NCBI GenBank assembly: GCA_016748015.1 | Contig: JAAOMT010000514.1 | Location: 418,924 to 482,923 of the forward strand | DNA: 64,000 nt | Origin: Geosiphon pyriformis uo1 | Lineage: Eukaryota; Fungi; Glomeromycota | Direction: 5' to 3' | Part shown: positions 1-12,923 of the stretch, one piece after another | How the letters are laid out: each line of letters begins with the position of its first letter | Numbering within the stretch: position 1 is the first letter of the stretch | The notes under the pieces: generated by a model | The model's input: the letters and a program-made list of their open reading frames with translations, nothing else | What the model was told of the DNA's origin: nothing | Databases searched by the model: none | Translations under genes and position numbers: made by a program

Positions 1-2705
1 TAAAGAAAAAGAACAAAAAAAAACTGTTAAACTCACTTATACCATCTTTATCAGCAATAACAAGCCACTAAACAATGTTAAAGCTGACAAAGAAGGAATC
101 ATGGTAAATAAAAAGCTAATCTGCTGGCCCTACTATGATATTTTCAGAAGAATCTTTGATAAAAAGCCTGGCAAAAAAGCTAAATACAGCTATTGGTAGG
201 ATAGTCCTTGTGCCAGATGCTGGTGCAATAAACTTTTGTATTCTCTTAGTGATAAATGCAAGTCCTGTCTGATCTATTACAAAGATTGGGAGCCAATTAG
301 TTTAATACTCAGAAAAAAACTAAAAAAAGTACAAAAGTTTTTTGAAAATAAACCACCTGAAATCAATCACTAGTTATAGAACAAAAAAAACCTTTTTCTA
401 AAGAAAGAAAAATAGACATTGAAAATCTGTTGGCTAAAAATAACTCAGTTATCTCAAAAAAAATGATACCCTTAGACAAACTCATATAATACAACATACT
501 ATTATCACTAAAAAACTTGTCTTATTCATTTGAAGTCTTATTAATTAAATTGACACAATAATAAGTTTATCAAGAAAAAAATAAACTAGATGAAAGATCT
601 TGAATTTATACAAAAAACCAAGAATAAATGAACTTTTCAGTTGTAATAGTATCCAAAAAAGATGGAACCCTATGCTTCTATGTTGACTACAGGTAATTAA
701 ATGCTATTACTATAAGAGACATGTACTTATTCCCCAAAATTGATGCAATACTAGATAAATTCAATGGTGCTGCTTTTTTCTCAACTATTGACTTAACTGC
801 TGAATTCTGGCAAGTAGAGATGGATCCAAAAAACAAAAAAAAAACTGTTTTCATTACCAAGTATGGCATCTATAAATTCACAGTTATGTCTTTTGGTCTC
901 ACCAATATCCCTCCCACTTTTCAATGCCTAATAGACAAAGTATTTGAATCAGTAAAAGAAAACTTTGTTCTGGTTTACTTAGATAACATAATGATCTACT
1001 CAAAAACCTGGGATAAATATCTTGAACATTTGTAGAAAGTTTTTGATTTGCTCAGAAATGCTGGCCTTAAGATCAACCCAATTAAATCTTTCTTTAAACA
1101 CCAATCCACCCAGTTCCTTGGTCATTTTATTACAAAAGATAGAATCTTCTCTGATTCAGTTAAAGTTAAAAAAGTTCAAAACATTAGACAACTAATGAAC
1201 ATTTCTGAACTACACTCTTTCCTTGGTTTGGCTTCTTATTATCACAAATTTATTAAGGATTTCTTCAAAATTGTCTTTTCTTTCAATTAGCTACTTAGGA
1301 AAAATGTTAATTATCACTGGAACACTCATCAACAAAAAGCTTTTGAAATTCTGAAGAAAAAACTTGTTATTAAACCAATTTTCAAGCAATCTAATCTGGA
1401 CCAATCTTTTATTCTCTACACTGATACATCTAGCTATGAACTTGGTATTGTCCTCTTACAAAAAAATGAAGACAGCAGAAAATATGCTATAATATATGCC
1501 AATAGATCTCTTACACCAGCAAAAAAGAACTATTCAGTAACTGAACAAGAATACTTAGCAGTAGTTTGGGCTACTAGTTACTGGAATCAATATCTTCTTG
1601 GTATAAAATTCTTAGTGGTAATAGATTATCAAGCTTTGGTTTGGCTGTGCAATTAAAAAAAGCTGGAACACAAATGAATAACTCATTGAATACTCTACTT
1701 GGACAAATTCGACTATAATATTTAACACCACAAAGAAGCAAATTATCAAAACACTGATGCTCTTTCTAGATTTACCATTCAGTGATAGTACAAGCTTTTT
1801 AAACCAAACCAACTTAATTATTAGTAACTCCTCTTTTAACAAACACAATAATGGACTTGGACAATTACTCAGTCTTAATAGAATTTTTAAGTAAAAAACA
1901 ATATCCATCAGAATGCCCTTAATAGCAAAGAAAACATTTGTGTAAACAATCAAATTTTTATTTGATTTATCAGAACCAATTATATAAAAGAAACAGAAAA
2001 GATTTTAACTGCTTTTAGAGAGTTATCAAGGTTTGAAGAAAAAAAAATTGTAATTTATAACATGCATACTAACCTATTAGCTAAACACTTTGGAAAAACA
2101 AAAACAATTCAGAAAACTTTAATTCGTTATTATTAGCCTACTTTAGGAAAAACCATTGCTAAATACATCAAAACCTGTAATATTTGCCAAAAAAGAGACA
2201 AACCCAATCACAAAAAAAATATCCATCTAATTTTTGTTGGTCAATCATTTGACAGAATTGGTATAGATGTTGTTAAACTTTTAACAATAACTCCTAATGG
2301 CAACAGATATGTTATCATAGCTACCAACTATCTTACAAAATGGGTAGAAGCAAGAACTACTTCAGACCAAACAGCAGTCTCAATAGCCAATTTCATTTAT
2401 AAAGATATTATTTGCTATTATGGCTGCTCCAAAAAACTTTTATTTGATAGAAAAAGAGCTTTTCTCAGTACATTAGTGAAGAACTTTGCAGAAAAATGAG
2501 AATACATCACAAACTTTTCTCCTTCTATTACCTCCAAACAAATGGCCTAGTGAAATGTTTCAATAGAACATTATGTGAAACTTTAGCCAAAACCAGTAAA
2601 GAAACAAACTTATAGGACAAAGTACTGCCTTTAGCTTTGTTTGCTTATAAAACTGTGAATCATGACATAACAAGTTATGAATCTTTTTATTTGCTTTATA
2701 GATGC
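1..2705 (+). pseudogene. pol: A1 pol remnant: Cys-rich linker, RT, RNase H, integrase (N-terminal part and core)
   Basis: ORFs 721-1035 (FFSTIDLTAEFWQV...VMSFGLTN...VYLDNI) and 1048-1290 (FLGHFI...SFLGLASYY). Downstream, RH (YTDTS..., YSVTEQE) and IN (DRIGIDVV, TNGLVK) motifs with many stops. Confidence 0.93.
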
Positions 2706-3575
2706 TGTTACAGATGATTATTTAGGGTCTCAATTCAAATAACAAATATGTAACTTGGTGCTCAATAACTAATCTAATGGATGATGGTGGTAATATTGGT
2801 ACATTGTCTTTATCTGAAGGTTTTGATTGAGTCCTTTGTATAATGGACAGAGATTCAATGTTGTCTTTTCAGTAGCTTCCCAGAATTGCAATTCTGTCAA
2901 ATTTTTTTCTTAGTGTGGTGGCCAATAATCTGATAGTGATGCCCTTCTGGTAAGCTAGCCATTAATATATATAATTCTTATACTCTTCCTTTGGGGTCTT
3001 TTACCAGATTATCTTTGACATCAATAACTCAACACTTAATCTTTAATCAATTAGTAACTCCAAAAGAAATAACAAAATAAAATAAAAAGAAAATAAAAGA
3101 AAATAAGAAAACAATTAAAAGCTATTGCAAGTTAGTATCCTGTCAATAGCCATGATCAAGAGCTATTGTTCCAATGTAGTTAAGTATTACTTGCTATCAA
3201 CATGTAGTATTGATAGTGGAAAGTGAATTAAGATAACAAATAGTTATTTATTAATATGGAAGGTTGTTTTAGAACAAATTTAAACTGGGAGGTCTGTCTT
3301 TTCTACTTCTAATTCTACCACTATATATACATAATTGAGATTCCTCAATTCTTCAATTCTTCACACCAGGAATCCTGGAATTCCTGGAATCCTGCAATTC
3401 TTTTTGAGAGGAATCCTGGAATTCTGGAATCCTGTGATTCCTTGTACAAGAATTCTGAAATTCCTGGAATCCTGCAATTTTTCTTGAAAAGAATTCTAGA
3501 ATTCCACATTTATTACGGCTATTTCTGATTGGCTAATTTATATTCTAATATATTTTTTATATTCTATAAGTAACA
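2706..3575 (-). repeat. B1 3' LTR
   Basis: TGTTACAGATG...ATAAGTAACA; near-identical to the split LTR at 11973-21552. The purine tract (minus GAAGAGAATAA) abuts at 3576. Confidence 0.93.
3367..3510. repeat. GGAAT(T)CCTG-type short repeat array in family B LTR
   Basis: Repeated ggaatcctg/ggaattcctg/gcaattc units; the same array occurs at ~21346-21485 and, inverted, at ~15597-15735. Confidence 0.8.
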
Positions 3576-4227
3576 TTATTCTCTTCTTTTTAATATTGAG
3601 CTCTGTTAAGATCTCCCAAATCTCCTAGCTCTAATTCTCTATTATTGAGTATTTTTTAGACTTTTTTTCTAAGAATTATTTGTGTTATCTTGTTTTGTAA
3701 TTCTTCAAATTGGACATTGGTTATTTTTCCTATTTGGTTAACAATAACAGTGTCCATTTCAGTATTAAGCAAAATTTCTGGTTGATCTTGAAATCCAGTA
3801 TGTAGCCAATAAATGGCTTTTGCTTGTGTGGTTAAATTGTTTTTTCCCACAAATTGTTTTAGTTGTTGTAATATTGTTGTATTGAATAATTGTTTTGTTT
3901 TATCCATGTATAGATTCTGAATGTTCACGTGTTGTTGCAAGTAAAAGTAACAAAAGTTTCTTGGAAATTGTTGTATTCACTAGTCCCAGGTTTCCATAGT
4001 CAACTCTTAATATTGGGTAATTTTGAGTTGTGTTTCTATCGCCAATTTTACTTTTGTCATTATTTTGTCAACAGTGTTTTCTGTTTTTTTTCATATTTTA
4101 TCTTATGGTTTTTTTTGGTGTTTGTGTATCTGATGGTTTGTTGATTAATTGTGATTTTCATTTTTTGTTATTAAATTAATTGAAAGAGTTGTTGTGCTAG
4201 TGAGTAAATGTTGTCAGTAATTTCCAT
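3558..4227 (-). pseudogene. B1 extra ORF3 (unknown function), disrupted
   Basis: Starts MEITDNIYSLAQQLF...MKITINQQ. ORF 3656-3940 has QAKAIYWLHTGF...IGKITNVQFEEL, similar to C2 ORF3 LRAAFRLYNLF...IGKLTELKFQQF. Same position between IN and LTR. Confidence 0.7.
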
Positions 4228-4329
4228 TTTTCTGATGTTTTTTGTCATGTCTATCATATTTTTATATACTCTTTCCATTGTTTAATTATACGTGTTTGGT
4301 CCAATAATTATGATTGGTTCCAGATTTCA

Positions 4330-5664
4330 TGGAATCTCATCTGGTTGGACTAGTATTTTCTGTACTCCTAATTGTGAAATATTACTGGTAAATAATAACA
4401 CTATATGGTGATATGGTTTCAGTCAATCACCATGTGCTGCTTTGACTAAGATTTTGTTGTTCTATCTTAATTTATAAGCTCTATTTTCAAGAATTTTTTT
4501 TATGTAAAATGGTTTGTCCCATTTGGAGTCAAATTTTCCACTCCATTGTTTTTCTGTTTTGGTATAATGTAGAAGTACTTTGTCTCCAATCTTGAATTCA
4601 ACTGGTTTATCTGGTAGTTAGTTATTATGTCTTTCTTTTTGTTTTTCCTGTAACTTTTGGATATTATCAACTGCTTTTTGTCATTTGTTTTCTAGTGTTT
4701 CCATTAAGTCATATGTTCTTTTCAACAATGTTTTCTGAAAATTGTCTTCAGTTATTGGTTCTGTTGGATAAGTGTTGACTTTTATCTCAACTGGTAATGT
4801 TGCTGTTCTATCATATACCAATTCAAATGGTGTTGCTTGTGTGGTATCTTGCTTTATTGTCCAATAAGCAAATAGTATTAATGGTATAAACAAATCCTAT
4901 TCATTCTGGTTTTCTTAACTGATCTTGGCGATTGCTTTACACAATGTTCTGTTAAACCTTTTAACTAACCTATTTGTTTATAGATGGTATGGCAATGATA
5001 ATGGTCTTTTGATTCCAAATCTTTGACTTAATTCTGCTAATGTTCTATTTACAAAGTGAGTTCCTTGATCAGATAGTAATTCTTTTGGACATCTGTATTG
5101 ACAGATTAAATTTTAGTGGATGAATTTGGCAACAGATTTTGCATCTGCTCTTTGAATGGCTTTTGCTTCTGGCCATTTTGTGAGATAATCTATGGCTACT
5201 GCAATATATCTGTTGCCTCTGCTAGTGATTATTAATGGTCCAATTAGATCAATTCCAATGCAGTTGAATAATTGTCCTACTTTGATTAGTCTTAATGGTT
5301 TACTGAGTTGTGTTTCACTTTTTTTCTGACAAGCATTACAATTTTGAACATATTAGATGATGTCTGAATACATAAATGGCCAATAATACCTTTTTCTGGC
5401 TCTTTCTATTGTTGCTTCTTTATGAAAATGTTTTGCTGTTGGATTTGAGTGCATGTTGAACAATATTGTCTCTTTCTCTGATTCTGTAATTATTTTGGTT
5501 GGTTGATCTGAATTTTTTCTGTTTTTCTGGTAAAGTATATTTTGATGATTGATAAAATATTTTGATTGTTGTTTTATATTGTTTTGTTCTTTTTGAGATA
5601 ATTTCTCTTTGAACAATTGGGTATTTATATAATATTGAAGTTGTTGGTATTTTTGTGTATTCAT
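4330..5664 (-). pseudogene. int: B1 integrase (HHCC, rve core, GPY/F-like tail)
   Basis: ORF 5353-5664 (MHSNPTAKHF...RYYWP) and ORF 4681-4893 (TTQATPFELVY); GIDLIGPL and DYLTKWPEA motifs in between. Confidence 0.9.
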
Positions 5665-5699
5665 CTTTTGTTATATTTTTGAATTGAAATGTTCTAGAT

Positions 5700-6990
5700 T
5701 TGTTTTATTTACGACAAACTGTCAGCATTTCCATTGTCTTTTCCCTTTTTATAATGTACTGTAAATTTGTATAGTGATAATGCTATTTTCTATTTTGCAT
5801 GACGATTGTTCTCCAATTTTTGTTTCTGGATTGAAGTTAATCCTTTGTAATCAGTATAAACATCAAATTTTTGGCTCAAGTATTTTTTCCATTTGGTGAC
5901 AGCCCAATAAATAGCTAAGTGCTCTAATGCTGAAGTTCTATAATTCTTTTCAGCTGGATTTAAGCTTCTACTGGTATAAGCTATTGGATGTTTTTTTCCA
6001 TCTGGTCTTTTCTGTGATAGTACTGCTCCCAATGCTTGGCCTAATACATCAGTGATAATTATGAATAGTTTGCTGTGATCTGGATACATTAATACTGGAG
6101 CTTGGATAAGCTTTCTTCTTAATGTGTCAAACACTACTTGTTGAGCTTTAATCCATTTATACTTCACATTCTTGGTTTGTAGATGGTAAAGTGGCTGAGC
6201 CAGTTTCAAAAAGTCTTTGATAAAATGGCAATAATAGTCTGCAAACTCCAAAAATGCTCTTAGTTCTGTCAAGTTGGTTAGTACCGGAAAGTTCTTAACT
6301 ATTTTAATTTTGTCTGAATCTGTTTTAATTCCATTTTTGCTTATCACATGTCCCAAAAACCTAAGTTCAGTTTTTCCAAAGAAACATTTGGTTGTATTTA
6401 GTTTTAATCTGGCTCTTCTTAGTCTTTTAAACACTTGTTAGAGATGATGCAGATAATCATCAAATGTTTTTGAGAACACATTGGTGTTATCCAAGTATAT
6501 AACTACTAATTTCCATAGTAATCCAGTATAGACAATTTCTATAAGCCATTGGAATGTTGTTGGAGCATTCATTAAGCCAAATAGCATGACTTTAAATTCA
6601 AAATTCTTTTTTCTTATTGTGAATGCAGTCTTTTCTTTGTCAGCTGGATTTATGGCTACTTGCCAGTAACCACTATTTAGATCTAATGTTAAGAACCATT
6701 TATTTCCACTAAAAGCATTGAATAACTTCTGAATCTGTGGAGTTAGATAACTGTCTCTATGAGTAATACTATTAAGTTTTCAATAACCCACACAAAAGTG
6801 AATTTTCCCATTTTTCTTCTGGACTAGTACTACTGGTGATAATCATGAACTCATTAATGGCTGAATTAGCCCATTGTCAAGCATTTAATTGATTTCTTGG
6901 CAAATGATCTTATGGCTAGCTGGTGGTACTCTGTATGCTTTTTGTTTAATTGGCATTGTATCTCCAGTCTTGATCTAATGCTGGATAATG
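5700..6990 (-). pseudogene. pol: B1 reverse transcriptase and RNase H
   Basis: ORF 5790-6434 (LKLNTTKCFF...FLGHVIS...IITDVLGQALGAVLSQ...AYTSRSL); upstream LDLNSGYWQV and YLDNT. Confidence 0.92.
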
Positions 6991-7519
6991 TTAGTGCAGC
7001 CAAATTCATTTTCACTAACAAAGATGTCATTGAAATTGCTAAGTAACATTTTTATTTGCATTTGTTGGAGTGGATCTAGATTTCTCATGTTTATCTGTTT
7101 CAATTGTTTTGGTTGGAGCAGATAACATTCACTTCATCCATAGATAGTTTGTGATGTAATGTCCACATATCTGCAAAGCTGTGAAAAATCTGGAATGTGG
7201 TTTGGTGGTTGATCTTCCACTTCAATGGTTAAATATCCAATGATAGTTTCCTTTGGTATTTCAATAACACTTCATGTTGTGTTGTGGATGGGAATTTTGA
7301 TGTTTTTAGGGCTTTTGGCTGATATGTAGAGATTAATGAGTCCAATTTCTCCTGATTCACAAATAGTGGCTTCTGCTTCAAACAATTGAGCTTGATTCTT
7401 TACTTTTCTTTTTATGATTAACATATACTGGTCATATGGTGGAATGGAAATTGATTGACAGGTTGAGATAATTTCTCCTTTGTCAATAACTTCTTCTTTT
7501 GCCATATTAACTGATACAT

Positions 7520-7945
7520 CTATTTTACTTGTTGATCTAAATTCCTGTATCTCTCTAGCTGTGATCCCTAATTCTTCCCTGTTTTCCACTAATACTAATT
7601 GAGCTATTTTAACCAGAGGCAGAAATATTGTCTGTGCTATTTTTTCATTTGGATCTATGATATATGTTTTTTCTGGGTTATTTTGTAGCATAGCAATAAT
7701 ATTTCTTATATATTCTGCATCAATTATTTCTCCTCTAATGGTAATCTCCTTTTTCACTAAACTACTCCTAAATACTAGTTGAATCATTGTTGTTGCTGAA
7801 ATTTCCAGTGTTATTTTTAGATCAATGCAAGTGCATAAATGTGGTTTCAATTTGATGGGATCTTTCCCCAAATATCTCAGATCAAACTCTGTATTAGTAT
7901 TATGTGCACATTCAGGCCTGATACCTTCATTATTATTGCTGAACT
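7520..7945 (-). pseudogene. dut: B1 dUTPase domain between protease and RT
   Basis: ORF 7272-7871: RSSLVKK (motif 2), GEIIDAEYIRNI (motif 3), EKIAQTI (motif 4), REIQEFRSTS (decayed motif 5); EFDLRY (motif 1) just upstream. Confidence 0.85.
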
Positions 7946-8079
7946 ATTTCAGTTTCTGCTTCTTGATAAGGTCAAGGAGTGTAATATATGTTTCAGGGTT
8001 TAAATCAGAGTCCGAATTGTTGTTATTTTTGTTGCCATATTGAGCAGAGCTGGAACCATTGTTTTCATCGTTATCATTG

Positions 8080-8830
8080 TCAGAGTTTGAATTGGGATTG
8101 AAAGTTGATCCCGATTTTGATGCACAGTGGCTAATTGGTTTGTCTTCCTCTGAAATTGTGTAGATTATGCATGGTGGTGGATTGTAGATGAGGTCACACT
8201 CATTATAATACTGAAAATCACATGGGATCAAACAGTGGTTACATAATCAGGTGTTTATTTCTTCCAAGCATTGTTCTTGCTCTTCTCAGGTGAGTGCCAA
8301 ATTCTGGTAGTGCTTATGAAACTCCTCTGAGCCTGTTTCTATGTCAAGAAAAGCATCTGGGTTTGGAATGAGAACAATGTCAACTGGCTCTGGTGGATAG
8401 TTCTTGATCTCTAAAATTTTGCTGGACATGGCTCCTTTGTTTTGGCATTGGCCATACATCAGATCTTGTCCTTGTCATGTGGATATCCATCCAAGTGATT
8501 GATTGCTCAGTGCCAGGCTGGAGTAATAGGCATTCCACGACTTACCCAGTTGCTGATAAGGATCATGTATTGGCATGAAGCATTGCACATTCTTTCTCGT
8601 CTGGGAATGTCATTTCACATTTCTTTATCGAGCAACTGTTCACTGCAAGTGAGACATGGTTCATTGTCCCACTTTCCTTGACATTTTGGATATCTGTATT
8701 ATTCTCTATGACATGGCTTACAGTAATAATGTGTGTGTGTTCAGTAGTCTTCATCTGACACCACCCAAGCTCTCATGAAAGAAAGTTTCTTCTCACAGTC
8801 TTTGTATTTGAGAGGTATATATTGTGGCTC
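8080..8830 (-). pseudogene. B1 Cys-rich pol linker domain
   Basis: CKDCEKK, YYCKPCHRE, PCLTC, CNASCQY, YPHD and PCDFQYYNECD motifs read through stops; a homologous block is present in C2. Confidence 0.65.
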
Positions 8831-9179
8831 TTTTATTGGTTCCCATGAGTATTCTCTTTCCCAGCCACTAGTTATTTCTTCTGTGGCAGTGGTTTTTTTG
8901 ATTAGATCTTCTTCTTTCCTTTTTCTTTTTCTTTTGTTGGTTTTTTCTTATTTCCAGATTGGTAGTTCATTTGAATCATTGTTAGTTTTTCAGTCTTGGT
9001 CAGTGTTTCAGGTAAGTTTTTCCTTTTTTTTCTCTTTTCTGTTATCATCTCAGGAGAGTATTGGTGGTAATTCATTGTAGTCTTTTTCAGCTTATGATAT
9101 TTGATAAGCTTTCCAGATAGGTTTCTTTTTTTCTTCCTCAAACTCAATGAGTAGTGTTGTCGAGTTGGTGGTCTTCAAA

Positions 9180-11971
9180 TAGCCACACATGGCTGGTACA
9201 TATGTGTGTTAGCCATTTTGGCTAATTTGAAGCTCTTGCATATTTCAATCAAGCAATGCATTGGTTTTGGATAGCCAGTCATTACCAATGAGTGCTTAGT
9301 ATTGAATGGCTTCTATGACCAGTACTTTGATTGAGACAATAATACTATTGACTTTGATAGAAAAGTTGTCAATCTCATCAATGAGAGTTTTGGTTGTTCC
9401 ATCAATGATTATAATCTTGGCGCTGGCAGCATGATCAACTCGGCAACCTAATTGGTCTATGAGTTGTCTTATAATGATGCTGCCAGTTGATCTACTGTTT
9501 AGGATCAATTTGATGAAGTGGCTATCAACTTTAACATCTGTGTATATGGCAGTAATAAGTTTTTCTTCCAGAGCAGCTCTACTAAATAATGATGTGATCA
9601 ATGGTTTTTCGAGTTCAAACAAGAAGATGGCATCCAGTAATTCATTCTTGGTAATGGTAGCTGGCAGAATATTGCTGGTAAGTGTTGGTTGTTGGTTGGT
9701 TTCCAGGTTATTGGATTGGGTGTCTTCTGGAAAGACCAGGAGACTTAAATAGTGTTGGGAATTCAGGTTTTGGGAGTTCTCAGTGCCCAAATTCTATTGT
9801 CAAGATCCTAATGGCTGGCTTGAGGAACTGGGGATTAGTTGATGGATTACTATTAACAATCTTCAGCTTTGTTGTGTCAGTCTTGGTCTCTGGGTTTCGT
9901 TTTGAAGTAAGTTTTGCAGCAGTGCTTGAATTTGTTGGGGCTGATAAATTACCTAAGGCTGCGGCTGATAAATGGGTTGGGACTGTGGTTGATAAATAAT
10001 GGGTGTTGTTGGCTAATAAATTGGTGGTTGATAGATTGACTGTTGTATTATAGGTAAGTAATTTGGTTAATACAGTTCTGGTGATTGATTACTGATGTAT
10101 TTGTAAGTTTGTAGTCAGCAATTGAAGTTTTAATACTGATGGCCTGATCTTTGTTCATTTAGCCATTTACAGCATTCAAACTGTAAATGTTCTTGTTTAC
10201 CACAATAGTGGCAAGCATGCATCTTCTGCTGTCACTGTTGATTGGTCAAGAATGTTAAACGCGACTGATCCTGGAACTGATTCATGTTTCCAGAATTATT
10301 GCATCATTGTGGTGGTTGATAAATTGCACAACTGTTAGCTAAGTATCTCTCTAATTTCTGATTGATAGAATCACTAAATTGTTTCAATTTGGAATCCAAT
10401 TCAGATGATCCATTTATTACTAGATTAATGGCTTGAACATGGTTAGCTTCAAGTTTAGTGGCTTCAAAATCTCTGGTGTTTATAACTGTAGCTTAAAAGT
10501 CTGCTGGATGCATTGAGTACATGTATTGGAGAATGCTACTGTGCAGTTCTCTGATGAATTGATTTAAAATTTGTGGTGCTATGAAATAATCAGCCTGTAT
10601 GGCTTGAATTTGGCATAAATTTCTGTAAAAGTGTCCTAAGTAAGTAGTGACTGTTTCATTTTCTCCTTGCTTGATAGTGGTAAAAGTGTTTGCCAATTGG
10701 TTGATGTTATTATTATTACTGAAATATTGTAGGAATGCAAGCTTGAATGCATTGAAATCCTGGAGTTTGTTGGCTAAGCTTTAATATTATAAGTCGGCAG
10801 TATCTTGGAAAAAATAAGGGATGGCTTGGAGGGCTCTTGTATCATTCTATTGATTGGCCATGATGGCTTTTTCAACATCATTGAGCCATATTTGGGTATC
10901 GTTTTCTTCACTGGTAAACTTCTCCAGTTTTGCTATTGGAGTGTAGGCCATTGGGTCTAAGTTCAGTTGTTGTTGTTGTTGTGGTGGTGGTTGTAATTAT
11001 TGTTGCAGCTGTTAAAATGGCTGTTGTGGTTGTTGGGGTGGTTGAAGTGGCTGCTGTTGAATTGGTTCAATAATTGGTTCAATTGGTGATTGATCGATGA
11101 TGATTACTGGAGGTAAGTTTTGCTGATTAATTGTTTTGGGGTTCGGATTGTTTTGAGTTTGCTGGGTTCAAATGTTCAGAGTTTCAACTTCCAGATTTTC
11201 TAAGATTGGGTTCTGGTAAGTAAATTTTTGATCTTCGGCTTCTTCTTTTTCTTCTTTCTCTGATTCCATTATTTCCCAGAGACTTGTGTTTCCAAAATCT
11301 GGTTGAGGTGACAGTAATTAGAATTTTGATGGCATTGGCAATCACAATTTAAATCCTTCAAGATAATTACCATAAGTTTCTAGTAATTCTGCTTTCTTTT
11401 GTTTACTTTGAAATGGAAGTCATCTAAATGTGGATGTTGCATGTAATGTTGACGCATCTACTGATGAGATATTGATAGCACTTCCTAATGTATAATAATA
11501 TGATGGATTGGTTGGTGATTCAACTCTGGTTTTTTTCCAAGTGAGTGATTGTATTTGTTTTGGTGTTACTGCTGGTGTTTGCAATTTTCCTTTGCCTTTG
11601 TCTGTGTAGGTAATGGAGAATTGTTGTGTGTATCTTTCAATGGTTTGATTGATTTTCCTGATAATTGGTGCGAAACTGTAGTTCCTTGGTAAGCTGGTAT
11701 GTTGAAATAATTCTGTATAAAAATTTTCTCTTGTGGATTCAATGTTAATGGTTCTTCCTAAGCAGTCTGTAATTTTATTGTTGATGTAGAAGTTAAAGAC
11801 TGATTCTGCTGGGAAGTGGTTATTATTTAATCTTAGTTGTTGACTGTACTGTTGAAACAAAAATTTGGTGAATCCTAAGTAGTTTGCTTCTATGATTTCT
11901 GATTCTGCCACTTTTGGATGATTGGTGTTGGTGTTGTTCTCTGTAGGATTATATCTCACATGAAGCACCAA
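9180..11971 (-). pseudogene. gag: B1 gag (capsid-like, CCHC knuckle) and aspartic protease
   Basis: ORFs 11420-11971 and 10493-10696 (IKQGENETVTTYLG...QFIRELH). CHYCGKQEHLQFEC at ~10173-10214. Protease ORF 9296-9790 (IKLILNSRSTGS, decayed LDSG). Confidence 0.88.
11954..11970 (-). promoter_or_regulatory. B1 primer-binding site TGGTGCTTCATGTGAGA
   Basis: TGG start 2 nt from the LTR end, complementary to a tRNA 3' CCA end (Ile-UAU or elongator-Met-like; assignment not verified). Confidence 0.8.
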
Positions 11972-12237
11972 ATGTTACAGATGATTATTTGGGGTCTTAA
12001 TTCAAATAACAAACCCATAACTTGGTGCTCAGTAACTAATCTAATGGATAATAGTGGTAATATTAGTACATTGTCTTTATCTGAAGGTTTTGATTAAGTC
12101 CTTTGTATAATGGACAGAGATTCAATATTGTCTTTCCAGTAGCTTTTCAGAATTGCAATTCCATCAAATTTCTTTTTTAGCATGGTGGCTGGTAATCTGG
12201 CAGTGATGTCCTTCTGGTAAGCTAGCTGTTAATATAT

Positions 12238-12923
12238 TGTTACGGGTTGGAGTAACAAGCTAATAGATAGCAAAGAAGAACAGAATTGTAGGGTGATGGA
12301 AATAATCAAAAGGAAATTCAACTTCAAAGAGTGAATTGAATAAGTATGGATTTAATGTGCGAGATCAGTCTCATAAAATATCTCAGTTACTATACTTTTT
12401 AAAGGTAACTGGGAAATCTGAAAGTAGAGGGATAGTCTATATTGTCAACAAATGATCACACTTGATATAATTCTATGCCTCATGTTGGCACTTTTAGAAT
12501 TCAATATCAAGTATCAGATATGCTCTTCAGTCACGTTTTATTCAATAATCTTCAAATACTTTGTTTAATTGTTTCAGAAAAAAGCAGATAAACACCAACA
12601 AGAAATCTTTTATCCAAAAGATGTTTAGATACTTGAAGGTAGGGAAAAGGAAATTAGCGATAAGAGAATGTTTGAGATGAAAGTTGTTTTATTATATTTC
12701 TTTGATTGTTGGGAACATACTTTTCTATAGCTAAGAGACTCATTGCTTATATAACTATGAAAAGTGGTCAATGACCAGATCAATGATTAGGTCAATGATT
12801 AGGTCAATGGTTAGGTCATTGATCAAGTCAATGATTACTATCTAAAAATAGGTTGGCTAATTATATAACATCAGTGGCTAATACATGTGATAACTAATAA
12901 AAACTATGAGTTTTAACCATAAC
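12238..12923 (-). repeat. A2 3' LTR with 12-bp TCAATGATTAGG tandem array (~12768-12836)
   Basis: TGTTACGGGTTGGAG...CCATAACA; matches 20305-20943. Confidence 0.93.

Noticed and set aside
687-869. Recurrent antisense ORFs (MPYLVMK..., MIVCANV..., MSMSNIS...) in several copies
   Set aside because: Shadows of the conserved sense-strand RT, IN and ORF3 codons; short, with non-ATG starts and no motifs.
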